NCBI GenBank assembly: GCA_051599415.1
Contig: AP039699.1
Span: forward strand, 186,001-250,000
Direction: 5' to 3'
Source: Savitreella phatthalungensis
Lineage: Eukaryota
Length of the DNA stretch: 64,000 nucleotides
How positions within the stretch are numbered: position 1 is the stretch's first letter; every line of letters begins with the position of its first letter. The position numbers and the translations under genes were made by a program. Positions 1 through 10,680 of the stretch are shown in pieces. The notes under the pieces were generated by a model. The model made no database searches. It saw only the letters and a program-made list of their open reading frames with translations, and was not told the DNA's origin.

Positions 1-2193
1 GTGCTCGAAGAGCATCTTGACGGATGGACTGACTTGCTCGTCAGTATAGAGAGACGTCTGGTTTCACGAGATCCAGATCTCGTCTCACCCGATAGCGAAT
101 CCTTCTCGCTGATCCGTATCGTCGCTGAGCTAGAGACCTGGGCGATTCCTCTTAAACAGATCAAGCAACTCACAACGCTCATGATCGCCGTCCAGGACCC
201 CGAAAAGCCTCAAGACACTACTGCCGTGCTGCTTGACACCGTTCGTGCCAATACCAACACTGGATTTCTAGCCATGGCCAAGGTCAACGCGAAGCTCTGC
301 AATTGGGCCGAAACCGCCTGGAAACTGTCTCTACGCAACTGGCTTGTCTATGGCGATCTATCTCCAGTCGAAGGTGACTTCCTTATCTCGGAGAAACCAT
401 CCACAGCCGATAAGACAGCGCAGCCGAAGTTCATCATCGATCCGATGCTCCTTCCATCATTCCTCTCCACAACCACAGCCGCCTTGATCCGCGACGTTGG
501 CGCCACCGTCGTACGTCTGCGCCGAGAACCTTCATTGGATCATCTGGCACGCAGACAGCTGCTATGCGCCCGCCGGCACGCTGCCTGGATCGAAGCTCTG
601 CCGGTGCCCCTCGACCCGCGTCAGCTCACTCGTTGTGTCCGGCGGATTCACAAAAGCCTCTCGCTTACCGTCCTCGCAGCCATCATCTCAGCGCACCAAG
701 CTGCAGAAGCCCTCGACGTCCTTGCAGACCACTGTCTCATCCGAAACGGTGAGTTCGCGCGCATCCTTTGCGACAAAGTCGACACCGAGTTCCGTCGTCC
801 CACGTCCTCTGGCAGTGGCGCACCACCCGATATTCGCGCTCTCCGAGACTCCACTGTCGATACTATCCTTGTCCGTGCCATCGAGCAACTCCAAGCACTC
901 GACGACAGCGATCTTCGTGCCATCGGTGAGTCCGAAGCAGTCGTCACGCCATTGTCCCTCCGCCTTCAGCTTGCAGCCGATGAAGCACCCGAGCGACCGT
1001 CGTCTTCAGGCTTGCCGACTCTAGATGCTCTGACGCGGATGTTCAGTAGTGCACTGTTTGGCGTTCCTGTGCGAATTACGTTGTCGCTCGAGTGGCCTCT
1101 GTCACTGATGCTGGCGCCGCGAGACCTCGAGGCATACAACCTCGCCTTCCACTATCTGAGTGGCATACGCCGCGCACAAACCCTACTCGACGACCTGTGG
1201 CGGACGCGGCGATCCGATGCGGGCCTCGCCACCATCGGCTCATCCGCCAAACAGCAACCCGGCGACGATGGCGGCGTCGTGCCAAAGCGTGCCTGGCTGA
1301 TCGCCCACGCCACCAGGCAATTCCTCGAGACCGTCGGAGCGCACTTCCAACGTTACCCCGTCAGGCGTTACAGCGCGCTTTGCCACCAGCACTGCCAAGA
1401 AATAATCCATCCGATCGAAAGCGACGCACGGCTTGACGACAACTCGCCTGAAGCCGTTCAGCGAGAGCTCGACCTCGCACTCGCAGGCACACTTGACAAG
1501 ACTGATGCACCAGAGCTGTGGGACGACAGCGCGCCGGAGGACGCTGCTGATGAAGACGATGACGAATTTGACAGCATGACGACCAACACCGCGAGTTCCT
1601 ACAACGGACCTGCTCGACTATCCGAGGTCTTACGCCGCGGCCTCGATGCTTTGCTGATCGATCTACTTCTCTATCGAGACGGCTTCACCTCACCTCTGGC
1701 GAGTATGCTCCGCCAGGTCGACACCCTGTGCTCGACAGTCAACCATGCGCGAAGGCGTGCAGCCACATTGGCCCTCGACGCGGCCGACACTCCAGGCACC
1801 TCGCCTCGCGATTTGTGGGCACAAGATGAGGACATGCAGGCCATTCAAGCCCGACTAGAGCGCATCAGCGGATCCCTCGCCACCTCGAGAGCAGCAGCCG
1901 TTGCCGACCTCGCGGCACCAGACATCGCAAACCTCGATCTCAAGCAACCGGACGACAAAGCTGCCGTAGCAAGAGCAAGAAACCTCAGGAGGTATCGTGG
2001 CGATCCCAGAGATATCGATACACTCCTACTAGCACTCGACACGGCAGTCCAGCCAGATACACCAGATCCGGAGGTGCAAGAACACCATGCATCCAATCAA
2101 CCTAACGATGCAGCAGACAAGCCCAACAACCTGACCATGCACGACAACAACGATCATGATGATGACGACGATGATGAACCATTCGAGCTCTGA
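1..2193 (+). CDS. Gamma-tubulin complex component (Spc97/Spc98 GCP family, GCP4/Gfh1-like), 5'-truncated by the window edge
   Basis: 730-codon ORF open from base 1. Contains GRIP-type segments WLVYGDL, LIRNGEFARIL and LEWPLSLMLAPRDLEAYNLAFHYLSGIRRAQTLL. Confidence 0.75.
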   Translation: MLEEHLDGWTDLLVSIERRLVSRDPDLVSPDSESFSLIRIVAELETWAIPLKQIKQLTTLMIAVQDPEKPQDTTAVLLDTVRANTNTGFLAMAKVNAKLCNWAETAWKLSLRNWLVYGDLSPVEGDFLISEKPSTADKTAQPKFIIDPMLLPSFLSTTTAALIRDVGATVVRLRREPSLDHLARRQLLCARRHAAWIEALPVPLDPRQLTRCVRRIHKSLSLTVLAAIISAHQAAEALDVLADHCLIRNGEFARILCDKVDTEFRRPTSSGSGAPPDIRALRDSTVDTILVRAIEQLQALDDSDLRAIGESEAVVTPLSLRLQLAADEAPERPSSSGLPTLDALTRMFSSALFGVPVRITLSLEWPLSLMLAPRDLEAYNLAFHYLSGIRRAQTLLDDLWRTRRSDAGLATIGSSAKQQPGDDGGVVPKRAWLIAHATRQFLETVGAHFQRYPVRRYSALCHQHCQEIIHPIESDARLDDNSPEAVQRELDLALAGTLDKTDAPELWDDSAPEDAADEDDDEFDSMTTNTASSYNGPARLSEVLRRGLDALLIDLLLYRDGFTSPLASMLRQVDTLCSTVNHARRRAATLALDAADTPGTSPRDLWAQDEDMQAIQARLERISGSLATSRAAAVADLAAPDIANLDLKQPDDKAAVARARNLRRYRGDPRDIDTLLLALDTAVQPDTPDPEVQEHHASNQPNDAADKPNNLTMHDNNDHDDDDDDEPFEL

Positions 2194-2222
2194 ATATGAG
2201 GTCACTAAAATCTATTACTTTT

Positions 2223-3089
2223 CTATCGGTTCGCGTGAAGAATCTGGTAGAGCTTGTGCATGCCGAATCGTCTGGCCATGATCCAGGCTGTGAGCCAGAA
2301 GGGTGAGAAGGCCTGTAGGAACCAGGCGAGTCCAGCAAATCTGCCCTTGTAGATTCTAGGGGGGCAACTCTTCTTGAGCGTCTTGCCAACAACCTCCCGG
2401 CAGTATTCGTCCCTTGATGTCCTTCCTGCCGCCTGTGACTGCGTCAACCTTTTCTGCATCTCCTCGTGCACAGGCGTGTAGAGAGAACCTTCTTTCAGAG
2501 TGAATAACTTCTCTGCCGTCGCGGCGATATTCGACTGAACGGCACCAGTAACGACAGTGATAACCCTGCAGTCGAAAGGCTCTAGCTCAAGCCGGAGGCA
2601 GTCCATGTAAGCGTGGAGAGCGTGCTTGGACGTGTGGTAAATACCACCGAACGGGTTTGGGAACGTGCCAGCAACACTTCCAGTCGCCACCACACACCCT
2701 TTCGCCGCCACCACCATCTCCCCGAACGCCTTCGTCACCCGCATCACCCCAAACACATTCGCCTCGAACACATCCTTGCACAGCTCCACATCCATATCGA
2801 GCGCCGCCGACGTATACGAGATTCCTGCATTGTTGTACAGCACATCGAGCTTCCCACCGACCAACTCCCTCACTTCCGCAGCCGCTCGATCCACAGACTC
2901 GTCAGACGTCACATCCAGAGACACCAACCGGCAATCAGGAGAACCCAAAGCAGAAAGCGCACCCATAGACTTCGGATTCCGGCTAGTCGCTACCACAAAG
3001 CATCCACGCCGCAAGTACTCCTCAGCTAGCGTCTGACCGATCCCTCCATCAGAGCAACCTGTGATCAAGACTGTCGGTTTTCTAGACAT
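2223..3089 (-). CDS. AYR1: Short-chain dehydrogenase, 1-acyl-DHAP reductase (Ayr1-like)
   Basis: VLITGCSDGGIG cofactor motif, LYNNAG and catalytic YHTSK (YxxxK). First ATG at 3089. Confidence 0.85.
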   Translation of the reverse strand: MSRKPTVLITGCSDGGIGQTLAEEYLRRGCFVVATSRNPKSMGALSALGSPDCRLVSLDVTSDESVDRAAAEVRELVGGKLDVLYNNAGISYTSAALDMDVELCKDVFEANVFGVMRVTKAFGEMVVAAKGCVVATGSVAGTFPNPFGGIYHTSKHALHAYMDCLRLELEPFDCRVITVVTGAVQSNIAATAEKLFTLKEGSLYTPVHEEMQKRLTQSQAAGRTSRDEYCREVVGKTLKKSCPPRIYKGRFAGLAWFLQAFSPFWLTAWIMARRFGMHKLYQILHANR

Positions 3090-3404
3090 CTCTATCAAGC
3101 GTGACTTGCTGACTTTGTTGTCCTTTGTGAAATTGTATTAGATCTGTGTGTGTTATCTACTACGGTTACAAACTTCCCCGCGTTTCAATTTCTGCAGGCC
3201 GAAGAAAGAAGCGAGAACATCACCACACAAAGGATAAAGAGTCCGGGGTAATCTTACACATATGTGTAAGATATCTTCCGAGTCGACCTTCTTAAGAAGC
3301 GACATGTCATGCTCGACTTCAACAGCATCATTAAATCATTCATTGCACTTCCTTCCTCTCAAGAGAGCGAGGAAGTAGAGAGACTACGTTCAGTAGGTTG
3401 GCAA

Positions 3405-4292
3405 TCATGTGCGGAGACCGAGGTTCTTTAGCGCTTGCATGTGTGTGTTTGTCACTTTGTGTCCTCTCTGTCGCATCCTCTTCTGCTTCTTCTGTTGACC
3501 AGCATCCATCTTCTTCATTCCCAATCCAAGACCATCTGAGCCAGTGGCCTTGAGTCCAAGAGCTTCGAGTTCACGAGTTACCTGGAGTGGCGGCGGAACC
3601 TGAATCCGCTCATAAGACTGCTGGAACTCCTTATCGACAGAGGTATGGAACTTGCCTGCACCACTGTCCCACACTGTCTTTGGCTTATCGTCTTTCCTCT
3701 GCCGAATCAACAACACCTCTCCTTGTTTCTCCATCTCCTCCAACTCATCCACACACGACGGCCAACCTTCTTTCAGATCCTTCACGCTCAACCCAGAAGA
3801 AACAATCTGAGCACCAAGAACAGCAAGCAGCTGTTCCTTATTCCGAACCTTGTATACGGGCTGGAAGTAGTAGGTGTCTGTGGCGGACTCGTAGCTGACG
3901 CGCTCGTTGTGTCTTAGGACGTGTGCGAGTGCTGGCGTGATTGGCTTTGAGAGGTACGAGGAGAGTTCAGAGGTGGTCTTGCCACCAGGTAGACTCTTCT
4001 TCAGGTACTCGATGCTGTACTGCATCTGCGACAGCATGTGCTGACCAGTCCCACCTGCCTCAGCAGCCTGCTGCATCGCTACAATCTGTGCAGGCCTCAA
4101 CTTCTTCCGAGCAGGACCATCATCACCACCAACACTACCAGCATACCCAGGCGAAGAAGCCGTTGACGATACACCTCCACCCAACCCACCGCTACCACCC
4201 TCACGAGCATGTTTCACACGAAACCGAGGAAGTACCTCAGCATTCCGCTGTTGCGCTCGGACCTTGTCGAGCGACTTCTGTAGCTGCGACAT
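3405..4292 (-). CDS. TFA2: Transcription initiation factor TFIIE beta subunit
   Basis: QMQYSIEYLK, YYFQPVYKVRNKEQLL, GLSVKDLKEGW, VDKEFQQSYERIQVP and C-terminal KVTNTHM. ATG at 4292. Confidence 0.9.
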   Translation of the reverse strand: MSQLQKSLDKVRAQQRNAEVLPRFRVKHAREGGSGGLGGGVSSTASSPGYAGSVGGDDGPARKKLRPAQIVAMQQAAEAGGTGQHMLSQMQYSIEYLKKSLPGGKTTSELSSYLSKPITPALAHVLRHNERVSYESATDTYYFQPVYKVRNKEQLLAVLGAQIVSSGLSVKDLKEGWPSCVDELEEMEKQGEVLLIRQRKDDKPKTVWDSGAGKFHTSVDKEFQQSYERIQVPPPLQVTRELEALGLKATGSDGLGLGMKKMDAGQQKKQKRMRQRGHKVTNTHMQALKNLGLRT

Positions 4293-4640
4293 TGGTGAAT
4301 CACGCAACAGGTGATTCTCACTGAGCCAGCTGCGGCACTCTCTTCACTCTTTGCAGAGTAGGTAAAGTGTTGCGCAGGGCAGTGTCGTGCTCACCAGATG
4401 AAGTGGTAGGAGTGTCTTGTAGAACTAGTGTACTGTACAACGGACGTCGTTTACGTGTGAGCGCTTTGGTCCTTTGCTCATGAGAAATCAGAAAACTTAA
4501 CCCGTATGCACAAGATAAGTACAGGATCAGGTACTCTATCAACGCGCACATCTGTACAGCAGTCGATTCTCCTGGTTAGTAGCAATTGTAGATTGTCGCT
4601 AAGGCTAAGAGGACGATAGAGAGTCTTTGTGTTCCTTTGG

Positions 4641-7202
4641 ATGCTCTCTGCAGGATGCGCGAGATGCAGAACGCGCATCGCACTCTCTCTAGCATCGCTG
4701 AGTCGATCTCAAGTATGCCGCCAATTCAGCCTGACAACGTCCCACAAGTCATCTCTAGCGGCTGCACTACGTGAGTCCAAGCGTACAAAGCACGGAAGCC
4801 TCCGCGCAAGAGACTCTCGTTCGCCTCGAGAAACAGCTCGGGATCTGGACGCCTACACTGTCCGCGATGAGATTGCCAGGCTGCTCAAAACCGGAGAGAA
4901 AGCTCAGATCTCAGGCATCTTGCGTAAGTACAATGATCTCGATCTCACAGTCAGCTGGAACCTCCTCATTCAGCATAAGCTGGATCATGGCAGTATCAGC
5001 GGAGCGCTTGACGAGTTCAATGCTATGAAGAAGGTGGGCCAGTGGCCGAATGCACACACTTACTCCCTTCTCCTTGCCGGTCTCCGCACGAAAGCTGCTA
5101 GAGTGTCGCCTGAGCGGTGTCTAAAAGTCATCAAGGACCTAACCGAGGACAAACGCAACAAGCCGAATGCAGTCCATCTCAGCAATGCCCTAGGGTTCTG
5201 TCTTGCCATGCCGGCAACCACCGACGGTCAAGCACTCGACCTTGCCTACAACATCATTGAAGAATTCGCTGAAGCCGGAATGCGCGAATACTCTGCACCC
5301 GTATTCACACTCCTCTTCAAAATCATGCACAAACAGCTAGTCAAGCAGGCCATGACCCAGCCGCTAGCAGCTGCGCCTGAAGAAGGAGAGGGAGCAGCTG
5401 GTTCAGCTGCACGTAAAGCATCTGTGGAAGACTGCAAGCAGTTGTGGGCAGATGTCGAGGCTGCTGTGTCTGAGAAGCGTCTGAAGGCGGATGGCGAACT
5501 GATCCAGGCTTATGCTGCGTGTTTATCATGTGGCACGCCCCAAGACGCACTCCTCGGACTCGAGCTCATGTGTCTCGCCACGGACATGCCGCTTCCCTCT
5601 GCCGTGCAGTCGCAGTACGACCGGACACTTGCACGCAAAATCCAGCCGCAGGCTCCGCTTGAGCCACAGTTCATGACCATCCACGTCGTCCTCCGGCTCG
5701 TCCGTGCTACCGAGCGACTCAACCTCCTGCCTCCGTTTTGGGACTACATCCGCGAGTGGGACCGAGACAAACCATCTCGTGAAGTGTGGCATGCGTACCT
5801 CGATGCAGCCAGGGTCATGGGAGGTCGTGATGAGGCTGCGGCGGCCGTGGACGCAATGCTCGAGCAGGACAAGACTCTAGTCTCCCCGGCAACCTTGGTC
5901 AAAGCTATGCTTGCTCAGCGCTCCAAGGACCGCACCTCGTCCGGCCTCACCAAGGGAGCCAGATTGTACGAACACATCTACGACCTCTATCCGGCCAATG
6001 CCGCCTCGTCTACGCCACTCGTCAGCTCCTTCGCCGGCATTTTCAGGCATGCAACAAACGGAACTCCTGCATCTGAAGCCGCACGAGCGGCGAACGTCCT
6101 CAATCGATTCGCATGGGAGCGCATTGCAAAAGCTCTTCACGCTGGAGAATCTGGTTCCGAGGACCTCACGGAATTCCCGAGGACTTCCAACTCCAAAGGT
6201 GCGCTCTCGAAAGTATCGCGAGCAGACGCACCGCGTGAGCAGCGAGCACTTCTTACTAAAGCTGCCACAGACATCCTCCCCGTCGCAGAAACGTATATAC
6301 GCCACATACGCGATCCGAAGCACAAAGAGCCGATTGAGATCCTGCGGAAACAGGTCGTCGAAGTGGTTAAGCTCCTCGATCCGGAGAGCAAGTTTCTCAG
6401 ATCGCGACCTAAAGCCATCGGGGACGGCAGGTACAATCTGCAGAACAGTCCTGAGACTGCATCAACCTCGCCGGGAGCCCTTGTACGTGGAAGACACGAT
6501 GTCAAGCAATCTCGAGCAAGTGCCTCGCGCACACGAGTACCAGCCAGACATGCGGCGTCTTTCAGCACCAGCGCGTCCTCACACAAACCTGCACAGCGTC
6601 AGCATAAGCCGCGCCCATGCAGTCCAGAACAGTCAAAATCACGAAGAACCACAATGAATAACGAGGACGATCTGCCGGGTTTACTGACAGCAGAGCAAGA
6701 AGCGATGCATGCTCCAGCGCTTGCGAGATCACCCGGATCGAGCTGGGCGCTCAGCGACCTAGACGATCGGCGTTCATCTGCACCGCGTCCGCCCAAAAAA
6801 GGACTCCAACCTCACAGACCAGTGGAAGGAAAATTGTACAGCCCGCGGGCACACAAGCTGAAGGGCAAAAGTGCATTCGAGAAGCGCCTGACTCCGACTC
6901 CAGCCGCGAAACCAGCCAGGGCGGCCGGTGGCAAGTGGGCTAAATCGGAAGCGATTGCAGCGGTGACTGCCGCAGCAGCAGCGTACGAGGCTTCAGACGA
7001 AGCTCTCGCAGCAGCTAGAGCCCGTGAGCAGGAACTCAAGAAAGTACGTCACACGCGCCAGTCCAGAGAGCAAATTCTTCAAGAACAAGTCGCCACATCC
7101 ATCGACACCAATTCCAACACGACGACGGCAGCAACACCAGCGGCTGCGACCCCTGACGTCGTTGACTCCCGAGACGTTCGGCATCTCTTTGACAATATCT
7201 GA
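4641..7202 (+). CDS. Mitochondrial pentatricopeptide-repeat (PPR) protein with a long low-complexity C-terminal extension
   Basis: Basic N-terminal presequence-like segment. PPR repeats VSWNLLIQHKLDHGSISGALDEFNAMKKVGQWPNAHTYSLLLAGL and PSREVWHAYLDAARVMG. Confidence 0.8.
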   Translation: MLSAGCARCRTRIALSLASLSRSQVCRQFSLTTSHKSSLAAALRESKRTKHGSLRARDSRSPRETARDLDAYTVRDEIARLLKTGEKAQISGILRKYNDLDLTVSWNLLIQHKLDHGSISGALDEFNAMKKVGQWPNAHTYSLLLAGLRTKAARVSPERCLKVIKDLTEDKRNKPNAVHLSNALGFCLAMPATTDGQALDLAYNIIEEFAEAGMREYSAPVFTLLFKIMHKQLVKQAMTQPLAAAPEEGEGAAGSAARKASVEDCKQLWADVEAAVSEKRLKADGELIQAYAACLSCGTPQDALLGLELMCLATDMPLPSAVQSQYDRTLARKIQPQAPLEPQFMTIHVVLRLVRATERLNLLPPFWDYIREWDRDKPSREVWHAYLDAARVMGGRDEAAAAVDAMLEQDKTLVSPATLVKAMLAQRSKDRTSSGLTKGARLYEHIYDLYPANAASSTPLVSSFAGIFRHATNGTPASEAARAANVLNRFAWERIAKALHAGESGSEDLTEFPRTSNSKGALSKVSRADAPREQRALLTKAATDILPVAETYIRHIRDPKHKEPIEILRKQVVEVVKLLDPESKFLRSRPKAIGDGRYNLQNSPETASTSPGALVRGRHDVKQSRASASRTRVPARHAASFSTSASSHKPAQRQHKPRPCSPEQSKSRRTTMNNEDDLPGLLTAEQEAMHAPALARSPGSSWALSDLDDRRSSAPRPPKKGLQPHRPVEGKLYSPRAHKLKGKSAFEKRLTPTPAAKPARAAGGKWAKSEAIAAVTAAAAAYEASDEALAAARAREQELKKVRHTRQSREQILQEQVATSIDTNSNTTTAATPAAATPDVVDSRDVRHLFDNI

Positions 7203-7361
7203 GCGAGGTAGACCTCGCTTCACATCATGATAAGCATTTGGTATAGCATTTAGCATAGGTATGAGATGCATGACACGTATGAGGTTCAGGGCCCCAAGAG
7301 CTGTCTGCGTAAGATAAGAATCTGAAAGGTTTGTGTATATGTACAGTGTCAGAACATTTGC

Positions 7362-7988
7362 TCAATGTTCGTCGCGCATAATCTGAGTGAACTCCTCGAG
7401 AGAAATCTCGCCATCGCCATCCAAGTCAAACTCGTCAATCATGGCCGCCAACTCTGCCTCGTCGACGTGCTCATTCAGATCTCTAGCGACCCGTTTCAGA
7501 TTCTCAAGCGAGATCCGTCCACTTCCTTCCTCATCAAACAGCGCAAACGCCCTGCGAATCTCCTCTTCCGGATCGCGCTGGAGGATCTTCTGACGCATGA
7601 CCTTGTCGAAGTCTTCGTAGTACAGGAGGTGTGCGTTGGCCGAGCCGCCGTCTCTGGGTGTGTGTGCGTGATCCTTGATGATCTTGAGCACGTCCTGCTT
7701 AGACGCCTCGAACCCTAGCGCGCGCATGGCCACCTTCAACTCATGGTAGTCGAGCGCGCCCCTTCTCCCTGTGTCGAACATCTGGAAAGCCTGGTTGATC
7801 TCCTCACGCTGCTCCGCCGTTAACTCATTCACAACACCACTCTCAAGCACAGTGCCACCACCACGTCCACCAACTCCATACCCGTGCCGCAGCGCAGCAG
7901 GCGTAGGCGACGCTGCAGTCTTCCGACCAAGTCCACCCACACCACTCCGATTCCCAGCAGCCGCGCTTCGCGACTGGAACGCTGACAT
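7362..7988 (-). CDS. CDC31: Centrin (EF-hand spindle pole body protein)
   Basis: [31 protein letters not shown] and [18 protein letters not shown]. Confidence 0.95.
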   Translation of the reverse strand: MSAFQSRSAAAGNRSGVGGLGRKTAASPTPAALRHGYGVGGRGGGTVLESGVVNELTAEQREEINQAFQMFDTGRRGALDYHELKVAMRALGFEASKQDVLKIIKDHAHTPRDGGSANAHLLYYEDFDKVMRQKILQRDPEEEIRRAFALFDEEGSGRISLENLKRVARDLNEHVDEAELAAMIDEFDLDGDGEISLEEFTQIMRDEH

Positions 7989-8349
7989 CTGCTATGCCAA
8001 GAGAGCGACAGCAAAGGACAACAGCAGTGATGATCCTGATTGGATAGAGCGGTACAGACGCGGAGACTTGGAGTCTTTGGAGGATGAGAGATGCGCGAGA
8101 GATATGCCTGAAAGAGTTCAGGTTGTTTAATTTAGGTAAATCGTGATTCGCGTCTAAGGCTTTTGATCACGTGTATGAAGATGTGAGGGTTAACGATCGA
8201 CGTACGGGAAGATCGAATATGATTCACTTTACAGCTACAGCATATCAAAGACGTACGAGCGCGCATACTGTCCCTCCGTCCACGCAGTCGTCGGAAACAG
8301 TCCATAACTTTGATCTGCCTGACTCTGTCTCTCTCGCTCACGACCGACG

Positions 8350-9270
8350 ATGAAGAAGGTTTTACTGATGGGACGCAGCGGGTCTGGCAAATCGTCGATG
8401 CGGTCGATCGTCTTCTCGAACTACGTTGCTAAAGATACTCGGAGACTAGGCGCAACGATCGACGTTGAACATTCCCACGTCCGCTTCTTGGGTAACCTCG
8501 TGCTGAATCTGTGGGACTGTGGTGGCCAAGAAGCATTCATGGAGAACTACCTGCAATCGCAGCGTGACCACATCTTCCGCAACGTCGAGGTCCTCATCTA
8601 TGTGTTCGACGTCGAGTCTCGGGAATTCGACCACGACATGCACACGTACGCATCGTGTCTTGAGGCGATTCGTGCGAATTCGCCAAATGCGCGGATCTTC
8701 TGCCTGATCCACAAGATGGATCTCGTGCAGGAGGAGATGCGGGACAAGGTGTACATGGAGCGCAGCCGGCACCTCGCCCACCACTCTCAGGGACTCAACA
8801 TCACGTGTATTGCCACGAGTATCTGGGACGAGACGCTGTACAAGGCGTGGTCGAGTATCGTCTACACGCTGATCCCCAACATCCCCGTGCTCGAGCGTCA
8901 CCTCGAGACGTTTGCGGAGAACGCAGGCGCAGAAGAAGTCGTCCTATTTGAGCGGACGACGTTCCTCGTCATCACCCATGCGACTAGGGGCACCACACCG
9001 CACCCCGACCCGCAGAGATTCGAGAAGATCTCCAACATTGTGAAACTGTTCAAACTGTCGTGCTCCAAGATGCAGGCATCATTCACCTCGTTCGAGATGC
9101 GCGGTCAGAACTTTTCAGCCTTCATCACCCAGTACACGCCAGATACTTACATTCTCGTCGTCATAGGTCAGTCTTCTACCGGCAGTGGCTGTCCCCAGGA
9201 ATCAGCAACCACGTTGGTCAATATCGAGATGGCCAGACAACGATTCGCCCTCTCAGGCACCTCTATCTAA
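8350..9270 (+). CDS. GTR1: Rag GTPase Gtr1/RagA
   Basis: [52 protein letters not shown] and HKMD. Confidence 0.97.
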   Translation: MKKVLLMGRSGSGKSSMRSIVFSNYVAKDTRRLGATIDVEHSHVRFLGNLVLNLWDCGGQEAFMENYLQSQRDHIFRNVEVLIYVFDVESREFDHDMHTYASCLEAIRANSPNARIFCLIHKMDLVQEEMRDKVYMERSRHLAHHSQGLNITCIATSIWDETLYKAWSSIVYTLIPNIPVLERHLETFAENAGAEEVVLFERTTFLVITHATRGTTPHPDPQRFEKISNIVKLFKLSCSKMQASFTSFEMRGQNFSAFITQYTPDTYILVVIGQSSTGSGCPQESATTLVNIEMARQRFALSGTSI

Positions 9271-9793
9271 GGAATTTCCTGCCTGATCCAGGGTTCCTTA
9301 GACTAGACTGGATGACGACGACGACAATAATGATGACTACTGGTGATGAGCTGCTGTAGATCAATGAATGAATGAATGAATGATTATGACTTGAGCTTGG
9401 ACTTGGACTTGGATCTAGACTGAGACCTAGACTTGAAGCGGGTTCTTCCTAATGTCTGAAGACACGTGCATCCTTGATTCAATATTGACTTAAAATTTCG
9501 CTGCTGCGTGCATGAAATTGTATTTAAATATTCAAATTCCAGTCTAGTTGAATACTTAATGACAATTAATCGACGTCTTAAGGAAATTAATCGTTGACTC
9601 TATCTACCTGCCCCTCTGCCTGCCCGTCTGCCGGTAAGCGCTCGCAACATACATTCTCTTCCATACGAACTCTCACCAAACACCTTGACTCCAGTCAAAC
9701 CCTGACCTCCAAACCACAAGAAAATAGTCATCGTCATTATCAACATCCTCCTCCTCCTCATCCTTCTACCTATCGCATCCACCGTCTAATATC

Positions 9794-10426
9794 ATGTACA
9801 ACAACGCCAACAAGGTACGTATCTAATTCCAAGCTTCATTGAAGATCATCATAAGTCCTAACATACTCCTAACTAGGTCCCACAATACCAGCGGCTATTC
9901 CAGTCCAACCCAGAAGTCCCCATCTACCTCAAGGTCAGTCTCCTCATCCCAGCTCATAAGTGCAGTCTCCATTACGGGCGCGATCACCGTCGAAACGAGT
10001 AGGGTGTTCTTTTGTGGAAGTACAGTGGTTGATAACCGTGCATCCTGTACAAAGAGTTTCGGATCACGAGATGGAAGTATGTGGATCGCCTGAAGGACTT
10101 TGCCAGACGTCGATTATCCGTCTCTGAGCAAGTGCGCTTTCTCTCTTCTACCCACTCGACCCCCATGACTCCCACCGTTGACATTGATCAAGCGGACGCA
10201 GCGAAGAAGCACTACGAATACACAAGCCACAGATCAACTGACCCTTCCGACAGACCCCGCGATCAAAGATCATGCTGTACCCATTCCTCGGCCTCTTCGG
10301 CTTCGGTCTCGTCGGCGCTCTCTACGGTCTGACCAAGATGGCTCGGTAAGCAGAATCCCTCTTCCGTTCACAAGTCCTTCATCGACTGACCACAATTTTC
10401 ATACTCACAGCGGCGTAAAGAACTAG
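9794..10426 (+). CDS. COX7: Cytochrome c oxidase subunit VII, 61 aa, 4 exons: 9794-9814, 9877-9933, 10254-10345, 10411-10426 (absent from the ORF track)
   Basis: Manual splicing at GTACGT..TAG, GTCAGT..CTGAC..CAG and GTAAGC..CTGAC..CAG gives MYNNANKVPQYQRLFQSNPEVPIYLKTPRSKIMLYPFLGLFGFGLVGALYGLTKMARGVKN. This fits the Cox7 pattern NKV..Q..FQ...PRS...LYPF, one TM helix, then RG.K. Confidence 0.9.
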
Positions 10427-10680
10427 ACCATCCTATCTTTATTACAATCTTCATCTTCATTCACCCATGTCCACGTCCTCCGTATCATGACTTCATGAGA
10501 TCCCTGAACCCCTTCCCTCGCTCCACTCTCAGACGCCATGACCCGAATGTAACATAGACTCCACAAACACATGCACTTTGACCGAATGCACGAAATCACA
10601 ACCTGATCATCCCCACCCATATACTTTTGGAGCATCTCTCCAACTCGTGACCTCTTGACGGACGTTTCTATGCGTCCAGG

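Noticed and set aside
9934..10253. Assignment of the COX7 intron to a known RNA (TPP riboswitch, hammerhead, RNase P/MRP, SRP, U snRNA, canonical snoRNA)
   Set aside because: Only partial motif look-alikes (CGAAAC, CTGA, AGTCTCC) are present. The required partner motifs were not found by eye, so no ncRNA feature was called.
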